The notes under the pieces are model-generated. The model was not told the DNA's origin. It ran no database searches and worked only from the letters and a program-made list of their open reading frames with translations. Shown piece by piece: positions 15,898-25,555 of a DNA stretch of 37,468 bases; position 1 is the stretch's first letter, and each line of letters starts with the position of its first letter. The position numbers and the translations under genes were made by a program. This DNA comes from a virus (Duplodnaviria; Caudoviricetes): the IMG/VR virus record IMGVR_UViG_3300012232_000030, positions 1 to 37,468 of that record. The stretch is one strand, 5' to 3'.

Positions 15898-16182
15898 TCA
15901 GCCTCCTGTAGCTTTCGGGACGTTGGACACGGCGAGACCGAACCCGGCACCAGACACGCCAGCCGTGAAATAGCCGACCCATGACGGCGGCGCACCGGCA
16001 CCAACCCACACACCGAACACCGGGGTCCACACACCGAGCAGCGCGTAAATCCATGACCGTGTTTTCGCGGGGAGCAGGTCGGCGATCGACGGGAACGTCG
16101 CAGCCACCTCGGGGGTGCCGACGACTTCGGGGGCGCCGATCGCATCAATCACAGGCTGATCCTCTACTGGTTGGTTGGGCAC
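15898..16182 (-). CDS. Putative holin
   Basis: TRSWIYALLGV...AGFGLAVSNVP two-TM pattern of actinophage holins; GTG after GAGGAG. Confidence 0.65.
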   Translation of the reverse strand: MPNQPVEDQPVIDAIGAPEVVGTPEVAATFPSIADLLPAKTRSWIYALLGVWTPVFGVWVGAGAPPSWVGYFTAGVSGAGFGLAVSNVPKATGG

Positions 16183-16190
16183 GGTGCTCC

Positions 16191-16346
16191 TCAAAGGCTT
16201 TCGTCTGTGTCTCGAATGTTTCGAACCGCTTCAGCAAACGATTCATGCATGGCCTTCCGCAGCCAGCGGCCGGCCGCACGCACAGCCGCCACCGACGCCA
16301 ACGTGACGACAGGGATGACGATCGCCGCCACGATCAGATCGTTCAC
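16191..16346 (-). CDS. Single-TM protein, 51 aa (not in ORF track)
   Basis: MNDLIVAAIVIPVVTLASVAAVRAAGRWLRKAMHESFAEAVRNIRDTDESL; GTGA coupling. Confidence 0.6.
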   Translation of the reverse strand: MNDLIVAAIVIPVVTLASVAAVRAAGRWLRKAMHESFAEAVRNIRDTDESL

Positions 16347-16702
16347 GACTCATCATCCGGGGCCAGAGGATCGGCGGTCTGCTTCGAAATGGTGAGCGAC
16401 GCATACCCCAACGTGGCGGCCAGATCGGCCCGTTGCGCGGTGGTGAGGTCGGCGGCGATCGCCAGTCGCAACAAGCCGTTGCGAAGCCTGACGATCTCCA
16501 CCTGCTGTTCCTTCACCGTCGCTTTCAACGCGGCGACATCCTCACGGGCCCGGCTGGCTTCGTCGGCGACACCCGCCTTATAGGCGGCCGATTCGCGGGC
16601 CGGTGCCGTCGTCAACCATTTGACGATGATCCCGACGACGCCGCCACCCGACAACAAAGCGAAGATGAGCAGCTGGGCCTGCGTGAACTCGGAGCCGATC
16701 AT
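16343..16702 (-). CDS. N-terminal TM plus coiled-coil protein (lysis region)
   Basis: LLIFALLSGGGVVGIIVKW followed by heptads REDVAALKATVKEQQVEIVRLRN; ATGA coupling. Confidence 0.7.
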   Translation of the reverse strand: MIGSEFTQAQLLIFALLSGGGVVGIIVKWLTTAPARESAAYKAGVADEASRAREDVAALKATVKEQQVEIVRLRNGLLRLAIAADLTTAQRADLAATLGYASLTISKQTADPLAPDDES

Positions 16703-17193
16703 TGGATCCCTCGAGCCCACACTGCGATCATCAACATGATGCAGCCGGCGGCGATCCACACCCAGACGAACGAGGCGAGTACCGCTGCGCCGGCGCCACG
16801 CTGATCCAACCCCCACAGCACTATCGCACGACACCATGCGGTCACCGTCATCAACGCCAACCCGGACATTATGCGTGTCCGTCCACGCAGCAACGGCGGC
16901 GGGGTGGGATGCCGACGCGATGCGAAACAGCCGGCGAGACACAACACGCCGGCGGCAAGGAACAACGGCACCAACGCGACCGCGAGACCGGTCGACGGGA
17001 CCGACAGGATGCCGCAACCGGTCGCGCCGACAGCGGCGAACGCAACCCATATGCGGCTGAGCGGCGCGCCTTTACCCAATTCGCGGACGATGCGATGCGG
17101 CATGATCCATCCCCATCGGCTGCGCGCAACAGTATGCGTGGGCGTGTCTTCACTGGTCCACCCTTTTCGCTTAGGAGTCGCCACCAGCATCAC
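16699..17193 (-). CDS. Four-TM membrane protein (lysis region)
   Basis: Four hydrophobic segments; start uncertain (17193/17190 or 17103). Confidence 0.65.
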   Translation of the reverse strand: MMLVATPKRKGWTSEDTPTHTVARSRWGWIMPHRIVRELGKGAPLSRIWVAFAAVGATGCGILSVPSTGLAVALVPLFLAAGVLCLAGCFASRRHPTPPPLLRGRTRIMSGLALMTVTAWCRAIVLWGLDQRGAGAAVLASFVWVWIAAGCIMLMIAVWARGIQ

Positions 17194-17238
17194 CCGACAC
17201 GCCGAGGGGGATACTGGCAGAGCAAGCAGAGGAGGCTG

Positions 17239-17334
17239 TTACCGACGAAGCAGAAGGATGATGAGAATGATGACGAGGATCAGGAAGATGACGCCGCCAC
17301 CCACATACACGCCGTCAGCCAGCAGCGGCGTCAT
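17239..17334 (-). CDS. Small hydrophobic peptide, 31 aa (not in ORF track)
   Basis: MTPLLADGVYVGGGVIFLILVIILIILLLRR; ATGA overlap with the endolysin stop, GAGGTGG RBS. Confidence 0.65.
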   Translation of the reverse strand: MTPLLADGVYVGGGVIFLILVIILIILLLRR

Positions 17335-18164
17335 GACGCCACCTCGGCGTCGACGACGGCCGCCGTCGCCTGATCATATTTCCCGGTCACCGGCAGCCCG
17401 TTCTGTTCCTGAATCGTCTTCAACAAGGCGATGACAGCCCAGTCGTTCCATTTCCCGGCGACCGTCTCGGCGACCGGCGGAGCATCCTTCACCCCGGCAA
17501 CAGTCGCCGCAGTCGGATTCCAATTCACATCGTCTCCTGACGGTGGCGGCGGCGGTGGTGCAGTCCACGCCGCGACGATCCTGCGGGCATGCGGAATGAT
17601 GACGTCCCGCACCTGCGCCTTCTTCTTCTGGCCCGGACAAATCTTGCCGTTGCTGTTCGTCCAATACGGATAAGCGAACGGCTCCGTGTGACTCGCCGTA
17701 CCCGCCCCATCCCACGTCAACGGATACTCCAACGGAATCTTGTACAGCATCGAACAGTAGGCGACACCGTTCGCCAACTTCTGTATCTGGGCTTCGGTGA
17801 ACGCGGAGATGGTCGGGTCGTCGAGGTAGCCGGTGTCGGCCGTCTCATACGAGATGGCCCAGCCGTTCACCTTGTAACAGGCGTTCTGGGCCTGGTTGAT
17901 GTCGATGAACTGTGCGGCGTCACCGTCACGATCAACTTGGAACGTCGGCAACGTCGTCGAGTTGCCGTTGACGACACGCCGTTCCGCCCACGCCTTCGAC
18001 GCCTCGATCGACCCTTCCCGGCCGGCGCCGTTCGTGTGGATCAACTGCAACCGCGGGGCGACACGTTTCCGTTCGGCAGCAAAGTTGACGTACAACTTGC
18101 GGTAACCGGGCGGCGCCACATCAGGCCGGAACGCCGCCGGCCTACTCGGAATCGTCAACGTCAT
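17331..18164 (-). CDS. Endolysin: N-acetylmuramoyl-L-alanine amidase with C-terminal PG-binding domain
   Basis: LIHTNG, ISYETAD, ASHT, KICPG Amidase_2 motifs; poly-Pro linker; IQEQNGLPVTGKYDQAT PG_binding_1-like tail. Confidence 0.85.
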   Translation of the reverse strand: MTLTIPSRPAAFRPDVAPPGYRKLYVNFAAERKRVAPRLQLIHTNGAGREGSIEASKAWAERRVVNGNSTTLPTFQVDRDGDAAQFIDINQAQNACYKVNGWAISYETADTGYLDDPTISAFTEAQIQKLANGVAYCSMLYKIPLEYPLTWDGAGTASHTEPFAYPYWTNSNGKICPGQKKKAQVRDVIIPHARRIVAAWTAPPPPPPSGDDVNWNPTAATVAGVKDAPPVAETVAGKWNDWAVIALLKTIQEQNGLPVTGKYDQATAAVVDAEVAS

Positions 18165-18233
18165 CGTCGTCCTCGCCGTCGTCGATCGGCACATCGTCGT
18201 CTGGCACTTCGCTAGTCACAGTGAAGACCCCTG

Positions 18234-18806
18234 TCAGTGTTCGGTGCAGTATTTGATGAGGCGGGCATACTCGAGTTGTCCGGCCGGTGTCGGATGCCGT
18301 CCGTCGTACAGCAACGGGGCACCCAACGCAGCAGCCTCCGCCGTCAGATTCGGTGTGTTCGCCGTCCACTGCCGCACCTTCGACGACCACCACACCTGAA
18401 CGTGACACGGCTGGGCGGCGATCTCTTCGCGTTGCATCAGATTCATCGCCCGATTCCACGCCTGCATCTCGACGGTTTCAGCCTCGTAGTAGGTGTGCGG
18501 CTGGATGACGGCAAGACAGACATCGTCGGGAAGGACCCGGATCACTTCACGCAGATAGTCGCGGTTCGTGTCGACCGTTTCCCATCCGGCCCCCATCTCG
18601 ATGACCGCCCAATCCCCGGCGTGTAACTGTTTGAAGTTGTTGGCGAACGCCTGCCAGAGGGTGGGGCCACCCTTCATGTCGGGACGTGTCCAAGAACGGC
18701 CGTCGACCGCCTCCACTTCGACGTTGTCGACACCGAGCTCGGAACGGACGGCTCGAGCGGCGAGCCGGGTGACTGACGCGCCGACAACGAGATAACGGGT
18801 GGCCAT
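18234..18806 (-). CDS. SGNH/GDSL-family hydrolase (esterase/deacetylase)
   Basis: Block I LVVGASVT, block II DGRS, block V YDGRHPTPAG; block III degenerate (EMGAG). Confidence 0.7.
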   Translation of the reverse strand: MATRYLVVGASVTRLAARAVRSELGVDNVEVEAVDGRSWTRPDMKGGPTLWQAFANNFKQLHAGDWAVIEMGAGWETVDTNRDYLREVIRVLPDDVCLAVIQPHTYYEAETVEMQAWNRAMNLMQREEIAAQPCHVQVWWSSKVRQWTANTPNLTAEAAALGAPLLYDGRHPTPAGQLEYARLIKYCTEH

Positions 18807-18826
18807 GGCGGGGGCGACGGCCCGAC

Positions 18827-19324
18827 TCAGCCGACCCGCTTCACCGAGATACGGGCGTCCACGTTGCGACCGGAAGCATTCGAATGCAGACCGGCAACCG
18901 AAATGTAGTCGGTGACGATCGCCACGGAGACGATGCCGGAGACGGGGACGGTGGGGGTGAGGATGCTGGCTGATGCGGCGGCGATGTCTGTGCGGGCCTG
19001 CGACACACCGGCCCCGTTCACCAAGATCGCCAGGGAGACACGGTCACCGGCCGCCAAGTTGTTCGTAAACGTCACGTTGCATTGCACCTCGTAGTAGCCG
19101 ACAACACCCGGAATGAACCGGTCCGTTTGCGACGACGTCGAATGCCAGCCGTTGCCGTCGGTGACATCGGTCCCGAACGTGATCGGCGTCGACGAACCGA
19201 CACCGGTCGGGATCGTAAACCCGGTCGTCGTCGACACACACAACTGACCCAGCCCAGCCTGCACGAACGCGGCATCCAAATCGGCGGCAGTCAAAATGTT
19301 GCCGGAACTCCACGGATAAGCCAT
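18827..19324 (-). CDS. Minor tail protein (C1q/TNF-like beta-sandwich)
   Basis: MAYPWSSGNILTAADL anchor motif typical of actinophage minor tail proteins; RFIPGVVGYYEV. Confidence 0.7.
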   Translation of the reverse strand: MAYPWSSGNILTAADLDAAFVQAGLGQLCVSTTTGFTIPTGVGSSTPITFGTDVTDGNGWHSTSSQTDRFIPGVVGYYEVQCNVTFTNNLAAGDRVSLAILVNGAGVSQARTDIAAASASILTPTVPVSGIVSVAIVTDYISVAGLHSNASGRNVDARISVKRVG

Positions 19325-19339
19325 TCAGACACCTCTCGG

Positions 19340-20791
19340 CTAGATCCCGACGGTGCTGGCAACCTGCTGCCAGTTAGCCCCGTCACACACGAACTCAATA
19401 ATGTTGATCTTGTTGGCCGCCGTGTTCGGCGTCCACACCGCCTTGTACACGGCGTTCCACGTCACCGCCCAACCACCGGTCGCATTCTGCGTGAAGATGA
19501 ACGTCAACCGTTGCCCGGCCACGTTGACGGCCGGCGCGTTGACCGTGATCGCCCCAGTCAACGTCAACGAGATGACATCGGCCGTCCAAATGTCCGGCGT
19601 GTAACTGGCGGCGTACGTGCCGGCGACATGACCGCGATGCCAGCGGATACTGTTGCCTCGGCTGGCTGATCCGCCAGTGAACTGCGACGCCGAAACCGAC
19701 GAATCCCAAGCGGCGTCGATGATGTTGCCGACACATCCGGTGCCGAGCGAAACCCCACCCGCCGGCGTGCCCGCACCACCAGAGAACTGGCCGACAAGTA
19801 TCCGGACCACCGAGGCGGTGACATCCGACATCCGCACACCGACAAACGTGGAAGCGGCCGTGTTGTCGGCATCCGAAGTAAGCGAGGTCGCCATCAGCCC
19901 GGTCAGAGGGGTACCGGCGCCAGTACCAAAGAAGAAGAAGCCATGCCCCTTGTTCTCCTGCGCCTTACAGTTCACCATCGACGTTTGCACGTTGTTGCCG
20001 CGGACCCGAAAGCCGCAGCCGATCCCGTCGAGCCGCCCAGAAAACCACGACTTGACCGTGTTCAAATGCAAAGCGCGGGGGCCGTTGAGGTACACGCCAT
20101 CTTTACCGGACTGGCCGACATTGATATTTTTGAACATGGAGTCGGAGGCGTTGACAGCGTGCAACCCGTACTCGTCACACTGGTAGATGGAGATGTTGTC
20201 GAACGTCGAATCGCCGCCATACTCTCCGACGTACAACCCCGACCCCTTGCATGCCTGAATGCGAACGTTGAGCACCCTGTGTAAACGCAGCACGTTGCTC
20301 GAGCCGGTGTGATCAAGCGAAATGCCGTGATTCGTCGCCGACGTCTGATTGACAGCGGCACCGTTGACCTGCAAGTCGCGGATAGTGATGTTGACACTGT
20401 CAATCGACGCATTAGACAGAAGCGGACCCGTCGATGACGGCCACTGAACAAGCTGCGAGGAGCGGCCGCAACCGACAAGCGTGACGTTGCTATCGAGCAT
20501 CAGGCTCGCCGCCCAATAACTGCCAGGCGGCAGAAACACGATGCCGCCACCGGCCGCCGCTGCCGCCGTCAACGCCGCCTGAATCGCGACAGTGTTGTCC
20601 GTGACACCGTTGTCGCCGACCGCCCCGTAGGTGCGGACGTCGATATGGGGCAGCCCGTAGACGAAGCCGGCCGGTGACACCGCCTTGTCGGCGACCACCC
20701 CGGCAATCGTCTCAGCATCCGATGCCAACCCGACCGGACTATCGGTCACCGCCTGCTCGAGCCGGCGTAGCGTGCCCTGATTCCACTGCAT
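19340..20791 (-). CDS. Tailspike with pectate-lyase-like right-handed beta-helix
   Basis: IDVRTYGAVGDNGVTDNTVAIQAAL...GGGIVFLPPGSY Pectate_lyase_3 N-terminus and beta-helix repeats. Confidence 0.85.
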   Translation of the reverse strand: MQWNQGTLRRLEQAVTDSPVGLASDAETIAGVVADKAVSPAGFVYGLPHIDVRTYGAVGDNGVTDNTVAIQAALTAAAAAGGGIVFLPPGSYWAASLMLDSNVTLVGCGRSSQLVQWPSSTGPLLSNASIDSVNITIRDLQVNGAAVNQTSATNHGISLDHTGSSNVLRLHRVLNVRIQACKGSGLYVGEYGGDSTFDNISIYQCDEYGLHAVNASDSMFKNINVGQSGKDGVYLNGPRALHLNTVKSWFSGRLDGIGCGFRVRGNNVQTSMVNCKAQENKGHGFFFFGTGAGTPLTGLMATSLTSDADNTAASTFVGVRMSDVTASVVRILVGQFSGGAGTPAGGVSLGTGCVGNIIDAAWDSSVSASQFTGGSASRGNSIRWHRGHVAGTYAASYTPDIWTADVISLTLTGAITVNAPAVNVAGQRLTFIFTQNATGGWAVTWNAVYKAVWTPNTAANKINIIEFVCDGANWQQVASTVGI

Positions 20792-22047
20792 CAGACGGCC
20801 AACCTGTTCGAATCCAGGACACCGAACACTGGATCGTTCAACACGAAATACGAGTTGGTGTCAGCGTTCGCGAAGGCGAGGTCAACCGTCCACGACCCGT
20901 GCCCGATCGCATGTGAAACCCCGTCGAGCAACGACGCCCTCGAAATGGTGGCACCCACGTTGAGCGGGGACCGTTCCACGGTGACAGTGTCAGCCAACTC
21001 GAGCTCGACGACCTGCCGCACCTCATCCTCCGTACACGCCGCCAAATTGACGGTGCCGGTATGGAACCGGAGTTCCGGGCTGGAGAACCGGGTGAGGTAC
21101 GAGTAGACGATGTTGGCGGTCTGCGGATCGTCGATCGTGAGCAACGTCCCCAAATCCAGGTTGCGGACAAAGTATTCGTCTTCGGCTGCGGTGTCGACGT
21201 ATTCAACGGTGACATCCGTCGACTCCGACTTCCCCGACACACGGGTGAACAGGAGGTCCGCGGATGAGCGTTGCGTCAAATCCCGGTACGGGACACCGGC
21301 CGTCCGGTCATCCGAGAACGTCATCGACGGGGTGACGTTCAACTTGGAGAGGCGCCCATCGAACCTGAGAGTGCCGTTGGCGGCGACAAACAGGAACCCG
21401 TTTTCCGCCCTCGAGCACTCTTGCAGGTAGGTGAGAACGTTGCCGCCCAACGTGGTGGCGCCGAGGATCGAGGTGCCGTCGTCGATCGACCGGGATGACG
21501 GGAAGCGGACTTCGGCCCGGTCCAACACTCTCCGGATGCGTGCCCCGGACGTGTCACCGGCATAGGCGGCGGCGATCTCGTCGAGTTGTTCGTTCGCGAG
21601 GATCGCGAACCCGTCAACACATTCCACAGTCACCCACGACAGGTTCTCAGCCGCCTCCTGCCGGTAGGTGACCGACCAGTCGTCGATCCACCCGTTGAAC
21701 AGGTCATGATCCCGCCACCCGATGCGGATACGTCGCATCGGGGTGATCTGCCCAAAATACGGTGACCCCGAGTAGGCGGGGTCGAAAGTGCGGTCATCGT
21801 CGTTGAAAACGACGGTCGCCTTCCCAGTCTGATATTCGTCGATTTCCCGTTCCCGACCCCGATCGATGCCGATCGACTTCACATGGTCGGTGACGTCAAC
21901 GAACACGGTTGCCGGCGCCAGAACGTAGGTGGCGTCGTTCAACACGCCTTTCACCGGGTCGTCCAACACGAAGTAGAGGCCGCCGACGGCGTCGACACCG
22001 AACCCGATTTCGACGGTGACATCGGCCAGGATCGATGCGACAGTCAC
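20791..22047 (-). CDS. Minor tail (baseplate hub/distal tail) protein
   Basis: Directly follows the tape measure gene (GTGA overlap); IDRGRERE...FDP...LFNGWID...ENGFLFV pattern. Confidence 0.8.
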   Translation of the reverse strand: MTVASILADVTVEIGFGVDAVGGLYFVLDDPVKGVLNDATYVLAPATVFVDVTDHVKSIGIDRGREREIDEYQTGKATVVFNDDDRTFDPAYSGSPYFGQITPMRRIRIGWRDHDLFNGWIDDWSVTYRQEAAENLSWVTVECVDGFAILANEQLDEIAAAYAGDTSGARIRRVLDRAEVRFPSSRSIDDGTSILGATTLGGNVLTYLQECSRAENGFLFVAANGTLRFDGRLSKLNVTPSMTFSDDRTAGVPYRDLTQRSSADLLFTRVSGKSESTDVTVEYVDTAAEDEYFVRNLDLGTLLTIDDPQTANIVYSYLTRFSSPELRFHTGTVNLAACTEDEVRQVVELELADTVTVERSPLNVGATISRASLLDGVSHAIGHGSWTVDLAFANADTNSYFVLNDPVFGVLDSNRLAV

Positions 22048-25000
22048 CGGACGACCAAAGGCAACGGGCCCGACTGACGCTGCCACTTGCGTAACGCCCG
22101 GACGACATCGTCCCCGTTGGCACCGGGCGGCATGTTCACGGTGACATGGGTGTCACCGCCGCCGATGATCGACCCGCCACCGGACGCGGCGCCGCCAGAG
22201 GCACCACCGAACGCCGCCGCCACCTTCGGACCAACCTCCGACATGCCCAACAGCGCAGCCATACGGCCCGGGTTGTTGAGCGGCAACACAACCTCGGGCC
22301 CGGTCTCACCCAAGGTGGAAATCATCGGCCGCGACACGTAACGGCCCATCGCCGAACCTTTGATGTAGACGGGGTTCGAATGGATTTGAACGTACAGCTG
22401 GTCTTTGGTCAGGTACGGGGTGATCGCCACCGACCGGCTGGCAGTCATCCCGGCCAGCTTCGTGTAGACGTCGTTCGGTGCCACATACGGCTTCACATAG
22501 GTAGGGATAACCGCCGGAATCTTGTTCAAGTCGGAGGTGTACGCACCGATCTGCCCCCGAGCCTCCTTGTCGCCCAACAACGCGAGATAGGTCGTGACCT
22601 GTTCCGGCGTCAACCCGTACTGGGCGTTCAACGCCGCGATTTGCCCTTCGGTCGCACCCGCCGCCCGCCACTGATCATTCAACTGTCGAACGTTGTAGGC
22701 GATGTCGTTCGCCGCCTCCTCCGCAGACGCACCGTTCTCGATCAACGCTGCCGCATGCTCGAAGATGGCGTCACGCGTCGTTTCCAACTGTTCCTGATTG
22801 GCGCGGCCCGCTTCCGTGTTCATCGCCAACGTGGCACCGTTGTCGTCCAACGCGTCAGACATCGCTTCAATCTCAGTCCACACGTCACGCGTCGCCGACC
22901 GCAAATCCTCCTGCGGTGCCCGCAACCGTTCAACCGACTCACGGAACTGGTCGGCCCGCTGCGCCGAATCCTCCGCCGCCGCCTCCATACTGAACATTTC
23001 GTCAACCAAAGCGGCCAGATTCGGTGTCGCCTCGTCGGCGGCGACAGCAATCTTTTCGATACCGTCGGCCGCTTTCACAGTCGACGAGTTGAGCAGACCG
23101 GCCTCTTTAGTGACCGGGCCCATCGCCCCATACACCTTGTCGAAACCTTCAGCCAACCCGATCTGATTGCGGACGTACGCCTCGAACACCGGGTTCGAAG
23201 CGTTCAACACCGTCTGCAACGCCTGAAACACGACGAGGGCGTCCTCACCGCTGCCAGAGGCGTCAGCAACCTGTGTGGCGTACGCCACCCAGCCGGCACC
23301 GGCAGACGTCGACGAAATCTCTGCAAGCGCAGACTGGGCTTCGGCCAACGTGTCGACCACCGGGGTCAACGCGCCGAGCGCGTCAGCGGTTTCCTTCGCG
23401 GAGCCGACCACCACGCCAAGCTGTTTGGCGGCACCCGACCACAACTGCGACCACAGGGCGACACCGGTACCGGCATCCTCCGTCGCCTTCGTCATCTCCC
23501 CAAGACCGAGAACAACGTTCTGTTGCTCATCAGGCAACGACGCCATCAAAGCGAGAAAGTTTTTGTAGACGGCGACCGTGTTGTCGCCCTCACCGGCTGC
23601 GTCGGCCTGTGCCCGCGCCAACGTGACAAGGTTGGCGCCGAGCTCACTCGAGGCGGAAGCAGTGTTCAGGAACTTCTCACCGAGTGTGGCGATGCCGCTG
23701 TCGCCGAGCAGATTCGACGCCGCGACCAGACCGTTCGCACCTGTCTGCAACCGGGCGAACTCGCCGTCGGCGAACCCGGCCGCCCTCGCCGCATCCTCCA
23801 ACTGGGAGGCGGTCATCGGCATGGTGCCACCCATGACACCAGCGAACAATTCGAGCTGCTGCCCGGTTAGCCCCATCTGTGTGCCGAGGTCGACCCAAAA
23901 CTGGGCGTACGCCTCCGGGGTGCCTTCGTTCGTGGCGATGTTCAACCCGGAGATAGCCGACCAGGCGTCTTCGGTTTGCAACCCGAGAGCACCCAACGCC
24001 TGCGTCAACGCCTGCCCGTCTTCGGTGTTGCCGGTCAACGCGTTCGACAACGCCAGCTGTGCGATCGTCAACGGGTCGACTGCACCCGTCGCCCCGGTGG
24101 CGGCGGCAGCATAGTTCCATGCGTCGATGGTGGCTTGGCTGAGAGCGTCGGATACTTCACGGGTGCGTGCGTCGGCGTCACGTTGCGACTCGCCGAACGC
24201 GTCGTAAATGTAAAGGCCGGCGGCGATGCCGGCGCCGAGCACACCGAACGTTTTCGCCAACCCGGAAAGGCCACCGTCGGCACCTTTGACAACGCCGGCG
24301 AGCGATTGAAAGTTTTTGATGAGGCCGCCGACCATGAACATGACCGGACCGGCGGCGGCGGCCACAGCGGCGAGAGCAATAGCGACGTTCTGCACCGGAC
24401 CGGGCAGATCGGAGAACCAGCCGGCCAGATCACCGATCCCTTTCGCCATCGTGGCGACGAACGGCAACAGGACGGCGCCGACTTGGATGAGGGCGACTTG
24501 GATGTCGGCGAACGCCTGCTTCATCTTGAACGCGCTGGTGTCCGCGACTGCGGAGAACGCCGTGTCCAATGAGCCGGTCGTGTCGCCCAGCCGGCCCATG
24601 ATCGTGTCGAGGCTGCCCGAATTGTCGGCCAGCAACGCCGTCAACGTGTTCAACCCGCGGACCTCGGGCATGAGGGCATGCATCGCTTGGGCGTTGCCGT
24701 TGAACCCGTGTTCGCGTAGCAGGTCGAGGGCGCCGGTCAAACCGTTGGCGTCGATCGCCGCTTTCAACGCCTCAGCCGACGTCCCCATTTCCTCGAGCAT
24801 GTCGCGGGCGGCTTTGCCGGGGGCGGCGAGATGGGTGAGGACGCCACGTAGACCGGTGACAGCCTCGTCTGCGTCCAACCCCTTGTTCGTCATGAACGCG
24901 ATCGCCGCGCCAACCTCGTTCATGGAGATGCCCATCGACGCGGCGATCGGCAACACACGACCCAACGCCCCAGCCAACTCCTCCGGTGCGGCACGACCTT

Positions 25001-25541
25001 CGCGAACGGTCGACGTCAAAATGTCGGCGGCTTCGGCGGCAGTCAAGTTCGCGGCACCGTACGAGCCGACGGCACCCGTCAACAGGCCGACAACAGTTTC
25101 GGTGGACCCCATACCGGCCGCGGCGGCGTGCGCCGCAATCTCGACGGCATCCAACGCGTCAGCCGAATCCAAACCGGACGACGCCGCGAAGTAGAGGGCG
25201 TCAGCCAAATCCTGCGGCGCTTGCGCCGTGTCGCCCGACAGCGACAGGACCGACTCGCGGAGATTGTCGATTTCGCTGGCGGGGACGTTGGCGAGGCCGA
25301 CCATCTGAGCGAACGACGTTTCGAACCTGGACGCCATCAACGTCGCCGCACCACCCAACGCGACGAGCGGCACCGACACGTAGCGGGTCATGTTGGCGCC
25401 GACCGACTGCATCGACGCCCCCACCTTGGTGAGCCCGGATGCCGACGTGGCGAGGCCGGTCGTCGCCTTGCTGGCGGCGGCCATCGCCGACAGGTATTGG
25501 GAGACTCGGGCGGTCAGTTTGACGGCAACAGTCTTTTCCAA
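22044..25541 (-). CDS. Tape measure protein (TP901-like)
   Basis: 1165-aa Ala/Gly-rich helical protein, FETSFAQM...DLADALYFAASSG core, C-terminal GETGPEVVLPL; follows the tail chaperones. Confidence 0.93.
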   Translation of the reverse strand: MEKTVAVKLTARVSQYLSAMAAASKATTGLATSASGLTKVGASMQSVGANMTRYVSVPLVALGGAATLMASRFETSFAQMVGLANVPASEIDNLRESVLSLSGDTAQAPQDLADALYFAASSGLDSADALDAVEIAAHAAAAGMGSTETVVGLLTGAVGSYGAANLTAAEAADILTSTVREGRAAPEELAGALGRVLPIAASMGISMNEVGAAIAFMTNKGLDADEAVTGLRGVLTHLAAPGKAARDMLEEMGTSAEALKAAIDANGLTGALDLLREHGFNGNAQAMHALMPEVRGLNTLTALLADNSGSLDTIMGRLGDTTGSLDTAFSAVADTSAFKMKQAFADIQVALIQVGAVLLPFVATMAKGIGDLAGWFSDLPGPVQNVAIALAAVAAAAGPVMFMVGGLIKNFQSLAGVVKGADGGLSGLAKTFGVLGAGIAAGLYIYDAFGESQRDADARTREVSDALSQATIDAWNYAAAATGATGAVDPLTIAQLALSNALTGNTEDGQALTQALGALGLQTEDAWSAISGLNIATNEGTPEAYAQFWVDLGTQMGLTGQQLELFAGVMGGTMPMTASQLEDAARAAGFADGEFARLQTGANGLVAASNLLGDSGIATLGEKFLNTASASSELGANLVTLARAQADAAGEGDNTVAVYKNFLALMASLPDEQQNVVLGLGEMTKATEDAGTGVALWSQLWSGAAKQLGVVVGSAKETADALGALTPVVDTLAEAQSALAEISSTSAGAGWVAYATQVADASGSGEDALVVFQALQTVLNASNPVFEAYVRNQIGLAEGFDKVYGAMGPVTKEAGLLNSSTVKAADGIEKIAVAADEATPNLAALVDEMFSMEAAAEDSAQRADQFRESVERLRAPQEDLRSATRDVWTEIEAMSDALDDNGATLAMNTEAGRANQEQLETTRDAIFEHAAALIENGASAEEAANDIAYNVRQLNDQWRAAGATEGQIAALNAQYGLTPEQVTTYLALLGDKEARGQIGAYTSDLNKIPAVIPTYVKPYVAPNDVYTKLAGMTASRSVAITPYLTKDQLYVQIHSNPVYIKGSAMGRYVSRPMISTLGETGPEVVLPLNNPGRMAALLGMSEVGPKVAAAFGGASGGAASGGGSIIGGGDTHVTVNMPPGANGDDVVRALRKWQRQSGPLPLVVR

Positions 25542-25555
25542 CAGTCACCGCCTCG

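Noticed and set aside
22146-23870. 574-aa plus-strand ORF opposite the tape measure gene
   Set aside because: Antisense shadow caused by high-GC codon bias; Arg-rich with no motifs
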